Positions 9,927-19,603 of a stretch of 64,000 nucleotides of DNA are shown here, one piece after another. The DNA comes from an uncultured Acidobacteriaceae bacterium (GTDB lineage Bacteria > Acidobacteriota > Terriglobia > Terriglobales > Acidobacteriaceae): positions 574,515 through 638,514 of the forward strand of contig CAVQLS010000001.1 in the NCBI GenBank assembly GCA_963713395.1. Reading direction: 5' to 3'. Position 1 is the first letter of the stretch, and every line of letters starts with the position of its first letter. The notes under the pieces were generated by a model. That model saw nothing but the letters and a program-made list of their open reading frames with translations. It searched no databases and was not told the origin of the DNA. The position numbers were made by a program, and so were the translations under genes.

Positions 9927-10562
9927 CTACTCGTCCGGGACAATCGTGGCGCGAATGAGACGGTCTAGTTTGGGAAACTCTTTATCCATATATGCGTTGC
10001 CGCCCTCGAACATCTTGTCTTGATGTCCCGCGCGCATGCCGCTTCCCGAGTGTTCGCCGTAGCCCCCATAGAGCTTCTCCACAACATCCCAACCTTCAAC
10101 GACCTTGCCGAAGGGAGCAAATGCAGGCTGGGAATCGTTGAGGGCGGAGTTGTCGCGGAGGTTGATGTAAACCTGCGTGGAGCGCGTTCCCGGGCCGGTG
10201 TTGGAAAACGCAATGTAGCCCGGCAGGTTGTGGACCTTGAGGGTGTCGTCCGGAATGGTCTTGTGGCGCCAGGCTAGCGCGACCTTGGGATCGCCGGCGA
10301 TGCCAAACTGAACCCAACGTCCGGGAACGACTCGGAAGAAGCGGGAGTCGTCGTAGTAATGCTCGCGGACCAGCTCATAAAATCGGTCTGCACCGTTCGG
10401 CGACCAATCGCGGTGTGTCTCGATGACGAAGCTTCCAACAGTTGTGTCGATCCGAGTCCGGAAAACGGCCGGTGCATGCGAGGCATGAAAGAGATGAAAC
10501 GCGAGCAGGAACGCGAGCAGAAGTCTCATGCGCTCCAGACTATCGCGCCCGAACTGGACCAC
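9927..10562 (-). CDS. Cyclophilin-type peptidyl-prolyl cis-trans isomerase (secreted)
   Basis: Signal peptide, then VGSFVIETHRDWSPNGADRFYELV...FFRVVPGRWVQFG...GYIAFSNTGPGTRSTQVYINL. Confidence 0.85.
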   Translation of the reverse strand: MVQFGRDSLERMRLLLAFLLAFHLFHASHAPAVFRTRIDTTVGSFVIETHRDWSPNGADRFYELVREHYYDDSRFFRVVPGRWVQFGIAGDPKVALAWRHKTIPDDTLKVHNLPGYIAFSNTGPGTRSTQVYINLRDNSALNDSQPAFAPFGKVVEGWDVVEKLYGGYGEHSGSGMRAGHQDKMFEGGNAYMDKEFPKLDRLIRATIVPDE

Positions 10563-10597
10563 GTTCTCTGAGATTCGAGGAAGATTCCTGATCTAAT

Positions 10598-10673
10598 TGG
10601 TGGAGCTGAGCGGGATCGAACCGCTGACCTCCTCGTTGCGAACGAGGCGCTCTCCCAGCTGAGCTACAGCCCC
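10598..10673 (-). tRNA. tRNA-Ala (anticodon CGC)
   Basis: Reverse complement is GGGGCTGTAGCTCAGCTGGGAGAGCGCCTCGTTCGCAACGAGGAGGTCAGCGGTTCGATCCCGCTCAGCTCCACCA. It folds as a cloverleaf with a 7-bp acceptor stem carrying the G3:U70 Ala identity pair, anticodon loop TTCGCAA, a TTCGATC T-loop and an encoded CCA. Confidence 0.95.
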
Positions 10674-10815
10674 ACACCCGCACATCCAGCGCTTCAGGCG
10701 CGCGACGTGCAACCCTCTCAGTCTAACAGGACTTGCGTGCTGCTCCAAACTTGTCCTCCTCGAACTTAAATAACCGTCGTATCGTATACATCGGCAGCAA
10801 CATCAACGGAGCCCT

Positions 10816-11610
10816 ATGACACCGCAAGAGCAACAGATGATCGACGGCCTCATCGAACGAATTCGCAGCACGCAGGTCACTGACAAAGACCTCGACGCCG
10901 AGCGTTACCTCCAGCAGGGCCTCGCCGGAAATCCTGACGCACTCTACGTCCTCGCCCAGACCGTGCTCGTCCAGCAGTACGGCCTCAGTCAGGCGCAGCA
11001 GCAGATTCAGCAGCTCCAGGCCGCGCTCGACGAGGTCCATCAGCACATTCAGCAGAGCGGTGGCAGCTTCCTCAGCAAGATCTTCGGTGGCGGCGCCAGC
11101 ACGCCGCAGACGCAATATCAGCAAGTCAATAACCCCGGCTACCCGCCGCCCTACGCACCGGCCTACGCACCCGCATATACGCAGCCCGCCTACCCATCTG
11201 GCGGCGGCTTCCTTCGTGGCGCCCTCCAGACTGCAGCCGGTGTCGCGATGGGCGAAATGGCCTTTGAGAGCATGGAATCGCTCTTCCACGGCTTCGGCGG
11301 CGGTCCCTACGGCTACGGACATCCCGGCGAAGGCGTGGACAACAACTACTACGATGACGCCAGCCACGAGCGTCACGCCGACGACTCCAGCTTCTACAAC
11401 CCGGAGCACGACGCCAGCCACCAGGACCTCGGCGACCAAAGCTTATCGCAGAACTTCGCCGACACCAGCGACAATTCCAGCAACGACGGCGGCGGCTTCG
11501 GCGGAGACACGAGCGACTTCGCCGACTCGAGCGGCTTCGATGATGCCGGCTCCGACGACTCTGGCTCCAGCTTTGATAGTGGTGGTGGTGGAGGCGACAA
11601 CTCCTTCTAG
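10816..11610 (+). CDS. DUF2076 domain protein with Asp/Ser/Gly-rich tail
   Basis: N-terminus MTPQEQQMIDGLIERIRSTQVTDKDLDAERYLQQGLAGNPDALYVLAQTVLVQQYGL matches the DUF2076 pattern. The C-terminal half is low complexity. Confidence 0.75.
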   Translation: MTPQEQQMIDGLIERIRSTQVTDKDLDAERYLQQGLAGNPDALYVLAQTVLVQQYGLSQAQQQIQQLQAALDEVHQHIQQSGGSFLSKIFGGGASTPQTQYQQVNNPGYPPPYAPAYAPAYTQPAYPSGGGFLRGALQTAAGVAMGEMAFESMESLFHGFGGGPYGYGHPGEGVDNNYYDDASHERHADDSSFYNPEHDASHQDLGDQSLSQNFADTSDNSSNDGGGFGGDTSDFADSSGFDDAGSDDSGSSFDSGGGGGDNSF

Positions 11611-11625
11611 TCGCAACACAGACGT

Positions 11626-12624
11626 CTAAGTCGTCTTCTTCGCTGGAGCCTTCAACCCCAGCTCAGCCATCACCATCTGCAGATCCTTCCACGCCTCGCC
11701 CTTCTGTCGCGGGTCCCTCAGCAGAAACGCCGGATGGTACGTCACGGCCAGCTTCGCTCCGCGCGTCGAGTACCACCGCCCGCGCAGCGAGCTCAGCGAC
11801 TGCCGCACTCCCAGCAGATATGTCGCCGCCGTCGCCCCCAGCGCGACAATCACCTTCGGCCGCACAATATCAATCTGCTTCAGCAGAAACTGCGAGCACG
11901 TGCTGGCCTCCGCAAACTCTGGCGTGCGGTTCCCCGGCGGCCTGCACTTCACGATGTTCGCGATGTAAACCTCTTCGCGCTTCAGCCCCATCGCCGTGAT
12001 CATGTTGTTCAGCAGCTGCCCCGCCTTGCCCACAAACGGCAGACCCTGCGCATCCTCGTCCGCTCCCGGCCCCTCGCCCACAAACATCAGGGTCGCGTTC
12101 GGATCGCCATCTGCAAATACAATCGTGTGCCGCCCCGCATACGCCAGCGGACACCGAGTGCAGTCGCCGATCTCTGCGCGCACAGCCTCCAATGCTGCAG
12201 CACGCTGATCTGCCGGCACAATCTCCGCCGGCAGCGGAGCCAGCGCATCAAACGAAACTGGTTTTGGCATCGGTGCCTGCAGCTCCTCCGGGAGCGTCTC
12301 GAAGTAACTTCGCGGCGGCTCAGGCTGAACGCGCGCATGCGGAATCTGCGCGTGCGTCGGCTCTCCCACTGGCCGCACCGGCGCCCTAACCGGACTCGCA
12401 GCCGGCCGAGCCTGCGGCATCTCTCTCTGCGCATTCGTCGCAACCGCCGCACTCGGATTTGCAGCGCCCGTCGTCACTGGCAGCGGCTTCGGCCGCGCCA
12501 GCAACTCGCGCCACCGCTCCGGCACACCCACCTGCGGCGACTCGCGCTGATACAGCTCATACACGCCCAGGTCGCGGAAGTACTCCACATAGGCGCGCAG
12601 CTGCTGTTCCGGCGAAACGCTCAT
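11626..12624 (-). CDS. Family-4 uracil-DNA glycosylase with Pro/Ala-rich N-terminal extension
   Basis: CTRCPLAYAGRHTIVFADGDPNATLMFVGEGPGADEDAQGLPFVGKAGQLL...IVKCRPPGNRTP...TYHPAFLLR. The ATG at 12624 overlaps the rpoZ TGA (TGATG). Confidence 0.85.
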   Translation of the reverse strand: MSVSPEQQLRAYVEYFRDLGVYELYQRESPQVGVPERWRELLARPKPLPVTTGAANPSAAVATNAQREMPQARPAASPVRAPVRPVGEPTHAQIPHARVQPEPPRSYFETLPEELQAPMPKPVSFDALAPLPAEIVPADQRAAALEAVRAEIGDCTRCPLAYAGRHTIVFADGDPNATLMFVGEGPGADEDAQGLPFVGKAGQLLNNMITAMGLKREEVYIANIVKCRPPGNRTPEFAEASTCSQFLLKQIDIVRPKVIVALGATAATYLLGVRQSLSSLRGRWYSTRGAKLAVTYHPAFLLRDPRQKGEAWKDLQMVMAELGLKAPAKKTT

Positions 12625-12839
12625 CAATCAAACGATACAGGAGGCGGTGGTGTGCGCTTCTTTTCCACCACGCCGTACGTCACCTTCCCACCTTTGATCT
12701 CGTCCTGGGCCACCTTGCACGCCTTCATCGAGTTCGACACACCCAGCGGCGGCGCCCCCGACTGCAACTGACGAGCGCGGCGAGCCGCACCCTTCACCAG
12801 GCTGTACTTGTTATTCTGCAGCGTAAGATCCTCTGACAT
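12624..12839 (-). CDS. rpoZ: DNA-directed RNA polymerase subunit omega
   Basis: 71 aa, NKYSLVKGAARRARQLQSG. Sits directly downstream of gmk, the conserved gmk-rpoZ order. Confidence 0.8.
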   Translation of the reverse strand: MSEDLTLQNNKYSLVKGAARRARQLQSGAPPLGVSNSMKACKVAQDEIKGGKVTYGVVEKKRTPPPPVSFD

Positions 12840-12919
12840 ACCTCTAGCCTCCCCAAAGCTGATACATCATGCTACCTGCGCACTACTTTGCGCAACGTCG
12901 GTCCTCCGCAGGCGAACCC

Positions 12920-13597
12920 TCACATCCCCGCGTCGGAAATCCCAAAGCTTTTCAACACCACCTCTAACCGGGGTGAGCGGACCGTAGTTCTGCTCTGCTG
13001 CGCCACAGCGGCAGCCGCCTCCCCGCCCTCTCCGCGTTCAAACTGGACGATCGCGCGCAACTCCGTCACAGCCACATCAAGCACATCATTGATGAGCACA
13101 TACTTGTACTTCTTCAGGGTCAGCAGTTCCTGCCTGGCCTGCGCCAGTCGCCGCTGAATCACCACCTCGTCTGTCATGCCCTCAGCCTGGCTTCGATTGC
13201 GCAACCGCCGCTCCAGCACCGCCGGGCTCGGCGGCACCACGAAGATCGACACCGCCTCCGGAACCCTGTGTATAACCTGGATTGCACCCTGTACATCGAT
13301 GTCCAGCAGCAGGTCCTTGTTCGCCTTCGTTGCGTGCTCCAGCGCTCCGCGCGCCGTCCCGTAGTAGTTCCCAAAGACTTCGGCCCACTCCAGGAACTCA
13401 TCGCGATGCACCATTCCCAGAAACGTCTCGGGCGTCGTGAAGTGATACTCGCGCCCATCCTCCTCCGAACCCCGCAGCTTCCGCGTCGTATACGAGATCG
13501 AAAACTCCAGCCCTTCGACCAGCCGTCTCACCTCCGCTACGAGGGTGGACTTGCCTGAGCCGCTGGGTGCAGAAATGATGAAGAGGATTCCGGCCAT
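12920..13597 (-). CDS. gmk: Guanylate kinase
   Basis: P-loop SAPSGSGKSTL, YTTRKLRGSEEDGREYHF, VFGNYYGT. Confidence 0.92.
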   Translation of the reverse strand: MAGILFIISAPSGSGKSTLVAEVRRLVEGLEFSISYTTRKLRGSEEDGREYHFTTPETFLGMVHRDEFLEWAEVFGNYYGTARGALEHATKANKDLLLDIDVQGAIQVIHRVPEAVSIFVVPPSPAVLERRLRNRSQAEGMTDEVVIQRRLAQARQELLTLKKYKYVLINDVLDVAVTELRAIVQFERGEGGEAAAAVAQQSRTTVRSPRLEVVLKSFGISDAGM

Positions 13598-13720
13598 TCG
13601 TCTGCTATTGAGTATTCCCGGTAGTTTATCGCGGCGTCCACCCTCACACCACGGGCAGCCCGGATTTCAGCCGCGTTTCCCTCAGAAAAAAATTTCTCGG
13701 CTTAACCTTGCAGAAACTCG

Positions 13721-15613
13721 CTACGCCGTTCCCTCTACGCTCGCGGACTCGACCTCGCCCGCGCCTACCAGCACCTCATCCTCTCCAAACTGAAGCTGGT
13801 ACAACCTGCTATACATGCCGCCGAGCGCGAGCAGCTCCTCATGACTGCCCAGCTCCGTAATGCGTCCGCTCTCGACCACAGCAATCCGGTCCGCGCTCCG
13901 CACCGTCGACAGCCTATGTGCGATTACCAGCACCGTCCTCTCGTGCATCAGCGTAGCCAGCGCCGCCCGTACCTGCGCCTCGCTCTCCGTGTCCAGCGCC
14001 GAGGTCGCTTCATCCAGCACCAGGATCGGCGCATCCTTCGCCAGTGCCCGCGCAATCGCCAGCCGCTGCCGCTCGCCGCCTGAAAGCCTCGCTCCGCGCT
14101 CGCCAATCTGCGTGTCGTAACCCTCCGGCATTCGCATGATGAAATCATGCGCGCGCGCCGCCTTCGCCGCGGCTTCAATCTTCTCCATCGGCACATCCGG
14201 CTGCCCATACGCGATGTTGTTCCGAACCGTGTCGTTGAACAGCACCGTCTCCTGCGTCACCTTGCCAATCTGCTTCCGCAGCGACGCAATCGTCAGGTCA
14301 CGCACATCATGCCCATCCACCACGATTGCGCCCGAGCTGACGTCATAAAACCTTGGCAGCAGATTCATCAGCGTCGACTTCCCCGCTCCGCTCGGCCCAA
14401 CCAGCGCCACTACCTCACCGCGCCGTATCGTCAACGAGACCCCGCGCAGCGCCTCCTGAGACTCGCTGCCTGAAATCTCCTGCGTCTGGCTCTCCTTTTC
14501 ATAGCTGAAGTGCACATCCTGAAACTCGATCGCATCCTGAAACGACTTCAGCTTCACCGCGCCCTTGCGTTCACGCACCTCATCCTGCGCGTCGATAAAC
14601 CGAAAGACTTCCTGACTTGCACCCACCGCCTGCTGAAAGCTGTTGTAGTACACCGGCAGCTTACGCACCGGGTCGTACAGCAGAATGACGGCCGCCAGAA
14701 ATGCGACAAACATTCCCTGCGTCCAGTTGCTGTGCTGAATGCGATCGCGTCCGAAGAACAGCAACCCTGCAATCGCCACCGCGCCCAGCCAGTCCATCAG
14801 CGGCGATGAGATTGACTGCACCGCAACTGTGCGCATATTCGCCGTCAGCAACCTGTCCGCGGCGTGGCGAAACCGCGCCATCTCCCACAGCTCCATGCCG
14901 AACGCCTTCACGATACTGTTGCCCGTAATCGTCTCGTGGGCGATGCTCTGAATCTCCGCCAGCTTGTCCTGTCCCTTGCGCGTCGTCTTGCGTACCCCGC
15001 GCCCGATGCGTCGTGCGGAACTGATAATCACCGGCACAAACAGCAGCAGCACCCACGCCATCCGGCCGCCAACCATGATGACCGCACCGATCATGAACAG
15101 CAGCGTGAAGAGCTGCTGCAGAAAATCCGCCAGCACCGTCGACATCGCCGTCTGCACGCGCTCGATGTCATTAATCAGCGTCGAGATCAGCATGCCCGTG
15201 CTATGCCGCTGGAAGAACGCCGTCGATCGCCGCAGCACCGAATCATAAAGCTCATTGCGAAGATCGGTAATCATCCCGAACCCTGCTTTGTTCGTCAGCA
15301 GCGTTCCAGCGTAATCGCACACGGACTTGATGACCGCCGACCCCACCAGCGCCAGCGCCACCACAGTCCACGCATTGTGGAAGTAATGCGGAATGAACTG
15401 CTGCAGGTCGATGCGAACATGCGTTCCCGGAATCGGAAACACAAGCACCTTGCCCGGAGGCACCCCCGGCTTCAACACGTTGTCGAGAATCGGCTTGATC
15501 AGCAGGACGCGAAACGCCTGCATCGCACCGACAACTGCCGCCAGGACGACGGAAAGCGCAGAGAGAAGAGCATACGGCCGCAGATAACGCAGCAGGCGTC
15601 CGATGCGATTCAT
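13721..15613 (-). CDS. ABC transporter, fused permease/ATPase (MsbA-like lipid exporter)
   Basis: 630 aa. Six-TM ABC exporter domain, Walker A GPSGAGKST, signature LSGGERQRLAIARAL, Walker B ILVLDEATSALD. Located in an envelope/LPS neighbourhood. Confidence 0.85.
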   Translation of the reverse strand: MNRIGRLLRYLRPYALLSALSVVLAAVVGAMQAFRVLLIKPILDNVLKPGVPPGKVLVFPIPGTHVRIDLQQFIPHYFHNAWTVVALALVGSAVIKSVCDYAGTLLTNKAGFGMITDLRNELYDSVLRRSTAFFQRHSTGMLISTLINDIERVQTAMSTVLADFLQQLFTLLFMIGAVIMVGGRMAWVLLLFVPVIISSARRIGRGVRKTTRKGQDKLAEIQSIAHETITGNSIVKAFGMELWEMARFRHAADRLLTANMRTVAVQSISSPLMDWLGAVAIAGLLFFGRDRIQHSNWTQGMFVAFLAAVILLYDPVRKLPVYYNSFQQAVGASQEVFRFIDAQDEVRERKGAVKLKSFQDAIEFQDVHFSYEKESQTQEISGSESQEALRGVSLTIRRGEVVALVGPSGAGKSTLMNLLPRFYDVSSGAIVVDGHDVRDLTIASLRKQIGKVTQETVLFNDTVRNNIAYGQPDVPMEKIEAAAKAARAHDFIMRMPEGYDTQIGERGARLSGGERQRLAIARALAKDAPILVLDEATSALDTESEAQVRAALATLMHERTVLVIAHRLSTVRSADRIAVVESGRITELGSHEELLALGGMYSRLYQLQFGEDEVLVGAGEVESASVEGTA

Positions 15614-15682
15614 CGCACTCCTCGATGTTGTCGGCTTCGTTCTGCTCTCATCGAACCCCTAGTTTACTCGCCGAAAGCCGCA

Positions 15683-16612
15683 TCACCGCGGCATATCGCG
15701 ATGCGCCGCCTTCACCCGGTACCCGGCCTCGCTCAGGCGCTTCTTCAACTCCTCGGCAATCATCACCGACCGGTGCTGCCCGCCCGTGCATCCAATCGCG
15801 ACCGTCAGGTAGCTCTTCCCTTCCTTGATGTAATGGGGTAGCAGAAACGTCAGCATGTCCGCCGCGCGATCCAGAAACTCCTGCGTCTGCGGAAACTGCC
15901 GCACATACTTCGCCACCTTCGCATGTTTCCCCGTCAGCTTCCTGAACTCCGGTACAAAGTGTGGATTGGGCAGGAACCTCACATCGAACACCACATCTGC
16001 ATCCGTCGGTACACCGTTCTTGAACCCGAAGCTCATCACTGAAATCGTCAGATTCTTATCGTCGCTTCCTCCGCGTTCAAACTGCGCATTGATGTGCGCG
16101 CGCAGATCGTGCACCGTAAACTTCGTTGTATCGATCAGGATGTCCGCAACATTCTTTACGGGGTCCAGCCGCTTGCGCTCAGCGCGTATCTGCGAGATCA
16201 CCGTCTCGCCGCGTCCCAGCGGATGCGGCCGGCGCGTCTCCGAAAACCGCCGCACAATCGCATCCTCGCTGGCCTCGAGATACACCACGCGGGTCGGCAG
16301 CACCTTGCGCACCTGCTTCAGAATCGCCGGAAACCGGTCCAGCCGGCTGCCCTCGCGCACATCGATCACCAGCGCCGCGTGCGTAATCTCCGCCGACTTC
16401 TGCACCAGGTCCGCAAATCGCGGAAGCAACTCCAGCGGCAGATTGTCCACCGAGTAATATCCGAGGTCCTCAAACGCCTTCAGCGCAGACAGCTTCCCCG
16501 ATCCCGACATGCCCGTCAGCACCACCAGCTCACGAGCCTTCGTTCCACCCGCAGCAACAGCCTTTGTCTTCTTCGTTGTCTTCCGTCTTTCCGCCACCCG
16601 ACGCTCCACCAT
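15683..16612 (-). CDS. rapZ: RNase adapter protein RapZ
   Basis: LVVLTGMSGSGKLSALKAFEDLGYYSVDNLP...VAIGCTGGQHRSV. Start is uncertain (ORF open to 16648), with a basic N-terminal extension. Confidence 0.88.
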   Translation of the reverse strand: MVERRVAERRKTTKKTKAVAAGGTKARELVVLTGMSGSGKLSALKAFEDLGYYSVDNLPLELLPRFADLVQKSAEITHAALVIDVREGSRLDRFPAILKQVRKVLPTRVVYLEASEDAIVRRFSETRRPHPLGRGETVISQIRAERKRLDPVKNVADILIDTTKFTVHDLRAHINAQFERGGSDDKNLTISVMSFGFKNGVPTDADVVFDVRFLPNPHFVPEFRKLTGKHAKVAKYVRQFPQTQEFLDRAADMLTFLLPHYIKEGKSYLTVAIGCTGGQHRSVMIAEELKKRLSEAGYRVKAAHRDMPR

Positions 16613-16761
16613 ACGCGCCCATCGTAGCACCGGACACACGATCCTCACTCTGCCTCAGGCGGGCAGTCGCACACGAGCCAACAATCCCCTCGCAGGCGTA
16701 ACCCCGCGAGGAGATTTGCTCGTCTATTGCATCCTTGTGGGCCGTGAGCCCTCAGCCGTAG

Positions 16762-17091
16762 CTAGGCCGAAAGCTCTTCCACCACTACCGGCTTCGGATG
16801 ACTTCGTACCGTGGTGAATTTCTCCTTCGACTTGATCGCCTGTTGCTCGATCGTCGTCAGAGCCTCACGCAGTGCCTGTTCCATCTCTGTAGCCTCGCTA
16901 CTTGCCACCAGGCTTTCGTTGCGGCACAGCACTGTGATCTCTGCTCGTTGTCGGTGCTTGTCTTCTTTGAGGACGATGTGGGCGCTTGTGCAGCGGTTCG
17001 TCACGCGTTCTATTCTTGCGAGACTTTCCTCTGCGAGTTGCTTCAGCTTGGACGTGATTGCGGTCTTGCGGCCCGTGTACTCAACGATCAT
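16762..17091 (-). CDS. hpf: Ribosome hibernation promoting factor (short HPF/RaiA)
   Basis: 109 aa, MIVEYTGRKTAITSKLKQLAEESLARIER...AHIVLKEDKHRQRAEITV. Immediately downstream of rpoN. Confidence 0.85.
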   Translation of the reverse strand: MIVEYTGRKTAITSKLKQLAEESLARIERVTNRCTSAHIVLKEDKHRQRAEITVLCRNESLVASSEATEMEQALREALTTIEQQAIKSKEKFTTVRSHPKPVVVEELSA

Positions 17092-17126
17092 TCGACATCT
17101 CCTCTCCTTCCGGAGTTGGATGTCGC

Positions 17127-18659
17127 TTATCGTACTCGACGTTGGTGCGTACTGGGAATTTGCATGTCTTCGCGATATTTCGCCACCGTGCGTCGTGTCA
17201 CCTGAATACCCTGCCGCTGCAACTCCGCAGCCAACTGCTCATCCGTAAAAGGCTTCCGCGAATCTTCCTCTTCTATCAGCTTCTTAACACGACGCTTCAA
17301 CAGCACCAGCGGCAGGTCCCCACCCTCCGGCCCATTCACGCCCTCTGAGAAGAAGAACCGTAACTCATACACACCTTGAGGCGTATGCACATACTTGTTC
17401 GCCACCGCGCGGCTCACCGTCGAAGGGTGCACGCCGATCTCCTCGGCAACCTCCTTGATCATCATCGGCCGCAGCCCCTCAACGCCCTTCTCCAGGAACT
17501 CCTGCTGCCGCCGCACAATCGCATCGCACGTCCGCACGATTGTGTTCTTGCGCTGCTCGATATTCCTCAACAGCTGAATCGCCGACCGATAGCGCTCTTT
17601 CACATACTCGCGCACCTCGCGCTCGGTTCCCTTCTCGCGCAGCATCCGGCGGTAGCCGTTGTTCAATCGCAGCGACGGCATGTTCTCGTCGTTCATCACC
17701 ACCACGTACTCATCGTCGCGCTTCACAAACGCCACATCTGGCTCAATCAGCCGCGTGGCCGTCTGGTTGTATCTCTGTCCCGGCCGCGGATCCAGCCTGC
17801 GGATGTACTCCACCGCCTCCTGCACCTCCTCGGGAGGCCGGTGCGTCAGCCGCGCAATCTCTCGCAGGTCCTTGCGCTGCAGCAACGGCAGGTGGTTCTC
17901 GACGATCGCCGCCGCAACCTCCAGCACCTTCAGCACCTCGCCGTTCCCGTTACCATTCGGCTCGAGCCCGTTTCCCGCCCGGCTCGTCGCGATCTCCAAC
18001 TCACGCCGCTGCGCCTCAATCTGCCACAGCAGGCACTCGCGCAGGTTCCGCGCTCCAATCCCCGGCGGGTCCAGCTGCCGCATCAGGTTGCGCCCCTGCT
18101 CCACCAGCGCCAGCACATCCTCGTTCTTCGTCGGATGTCCGGCGATTCCCTCGATTAGTTCCTCATCGCTGGCCGTCAGGTACCCATCCTCGTTCAGGTT
18201 CCCGATCATCAGCTCCACGCACGCCCGCACCTTCGGCGACAGCGCCAGCGCCCCCACCTGCCACAGCAGGTGGTCGGTCAGTGTGCTGGGTTGGGACAGG
18301 AAGTTCTCAAACGAAGGCCGATCCGGATCCTCATCCAGGCTCCCGCCCGTCCGGTAGCCGGGGTCCAGGTAATCCTGGAAGTAGCTCCCGAAGTCCACCT
18401 CGTCGAACGGGTCCTTCTCGGTCCGCTCTGCCGCAACATCCTCGGCACTGCGTTCCCGCTCGCCCTCTCGAGCCGCCCGCTCGTCGAGGGTCTCCGTGGA
18501 CTCATCAACCTCTTCTAAGACCGGATTCTCAACAAGCTCCCCGTCGATCATGCTCTTGAGCTCCAGCTTGTTCAGCGCAAGAACACTGACCATCTGCACC
18601 AGGCCGGGCGTCAGCACCTGGCGCTGGGAGAGCTTCAAATTGAGACGGGGCTGTAGCAA
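17127..18659 (-). CDS. rpoN: RNA polymerase sigma-54 factor
   Basis: 510 aa. N-terminal LKLSQRQVLTPGLVQMVSVL, acidic region II, C-terminal HTH and RpoN box (GIQVTRRTVAKYRE). Confidence 0.95.
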   Translation of the reverse strand: MLQPRLNLKLSQRQVLTPGLVQMVSVLALNKLELKSMIDGELVENPVLEEVDESTETLDERAAREGERERSAEDVAAERTEKDPFDEVDFGSYFQDYLDPGYRTGGSLDEDPDRPSFENFLSQPSTLTDHLLWQVGALALSPKVRACVELMIGNLNEDGYLTASDEELIEGIAGHPTKNEDVLALVEQGRNLMRQLDPPGIGARNLRECLLWQIEAQRRELEIATSRAGNGLEPNGNGNGEVLKVLEVAAAIVENHLPLLQRKDLREIARLTHRPPEEVQEAVEYIRRLDPRPGQRYNQTATRLIEPDVAFVKRDDEYVVVMNDENMPSLRLNNGYRRMLREKGTEREVREYVKERYRSAIQLLRNIEQRKNTIVRTCDAIVRRQQEFLEKGVEGLRPMMIKEVAEEIGVHPSTVSRAVANKYVHTPQGVYELRFFFSEGVNGPEGGDLPLVLLKRRVKKLIEEEDSRKPFTDEQLAAELQRQGIQVTRRTVAKYREDMQIPSTHQRRVR

Positions 18660-18848
18660 CCGGGAAACCTCTCTACTGCGCCACCCTCGGCGCCGGACCT
18701 GAACTCAACTTTGGGGATTATCGCCCCGCAAGCAAGTTCAGGGCCAGTTTATCGCGTCGCTGCAAATATCCGTTCTCACCAGAACGTGGCAGTCCGTAAG
18801 AACTGTCCGGACACGACGTTGACCTGCCCGCGCCATAGTCGAAAACCC

Positions 18849-19580
18849 CTACCCCAACGAGAAGTTTTCGCCTAAATAAATGCGTTTTACCTCAGGATCC
18901 CTTCCCAGTTCCCCCGGAGTCCCCGCGCGAAAAATCACCCCTTGATTGATGATGTACGCCCGGTCCGTCACATTCAGCGTCTCCCGGACATTGTGGTCCG
19001 TAATCAGCACCCCGATCCCGGCCGCCTTCAGGTCAAAGATGATCTGCTGCAGGTCCAGCACCGCAATCGGGTCGATCCCCGAAAATGGCTCGTCCAGCAG
19101 AATGAACGCCGGCTCGATCGCCAGGCACCGCGCAATCTCCACCCTGCGCCGCTCTCCGCCCGAGAGCGCATACCCCCGAGTCTTCCGCACGTGCCCCAGG
19201 TTCAGCTGGTTCAGAAGGTTCTCCGTGCGCTTCCTGCGAGCCTCCCAGGTGATGTGCTGCGTCTCCAGCACCGCCAGGATGTTCTCCTCCACCGTCAGCT
19301 TCCGGAACACCGACGGCTCCTGCGGCAGATAGCTGATCCCGTACTCGCGCGCCCGCAGGTACATGGGCGTGCGCGTAATATCCACGCCGTCCGTCAGGAT
19401 CTTCCCTGCATCGGGCCGCACCAGCCCCACAATCATGTAGAAGCTCGTCGTCTTGCCCGCGCCATTCGGCCCCAGCAGCCCCACCACCTCGCCCTGGTGG
19501 ATCTCGAGATCCACACCGCGCACCACCTCACGGCCGCTGTAAGCCTTTGTAATGTGCTCGGTTGTCAGAGTTCTCATCAA
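18849..19580 (-). CDS. lptB: LPS export ABC transporter ATP-binding protein LptB
   Basis: [58 protein letters not shown]. Position is upstream of rpoN. Confidence 0.92.
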   Translation of the reverse strand: MMRTLTTEHITKAYSGREVVRGVDLEIHQGEVVGLLGPNGAGKTTSFYMIVGLVRPDAGKILTDGVDITRTPMYLRAREYGISYLPQEPSVFRKLTVEENILAVLETQHITWEARRKRTENLLNQLNLGHVRKTRGYALSGGERRRVEIARCLAIEPAFILLDEPFSGIDPIAVLDLQQIIFDLKAAGIGVLITDHNVRETLNVTDRAYIINQGVIFRAGTPGELGRDPEVKRIYLGENFSLG

Positions 19581-19603
19581 CGCACTCGCATCGCGGCAGC
19601 TTC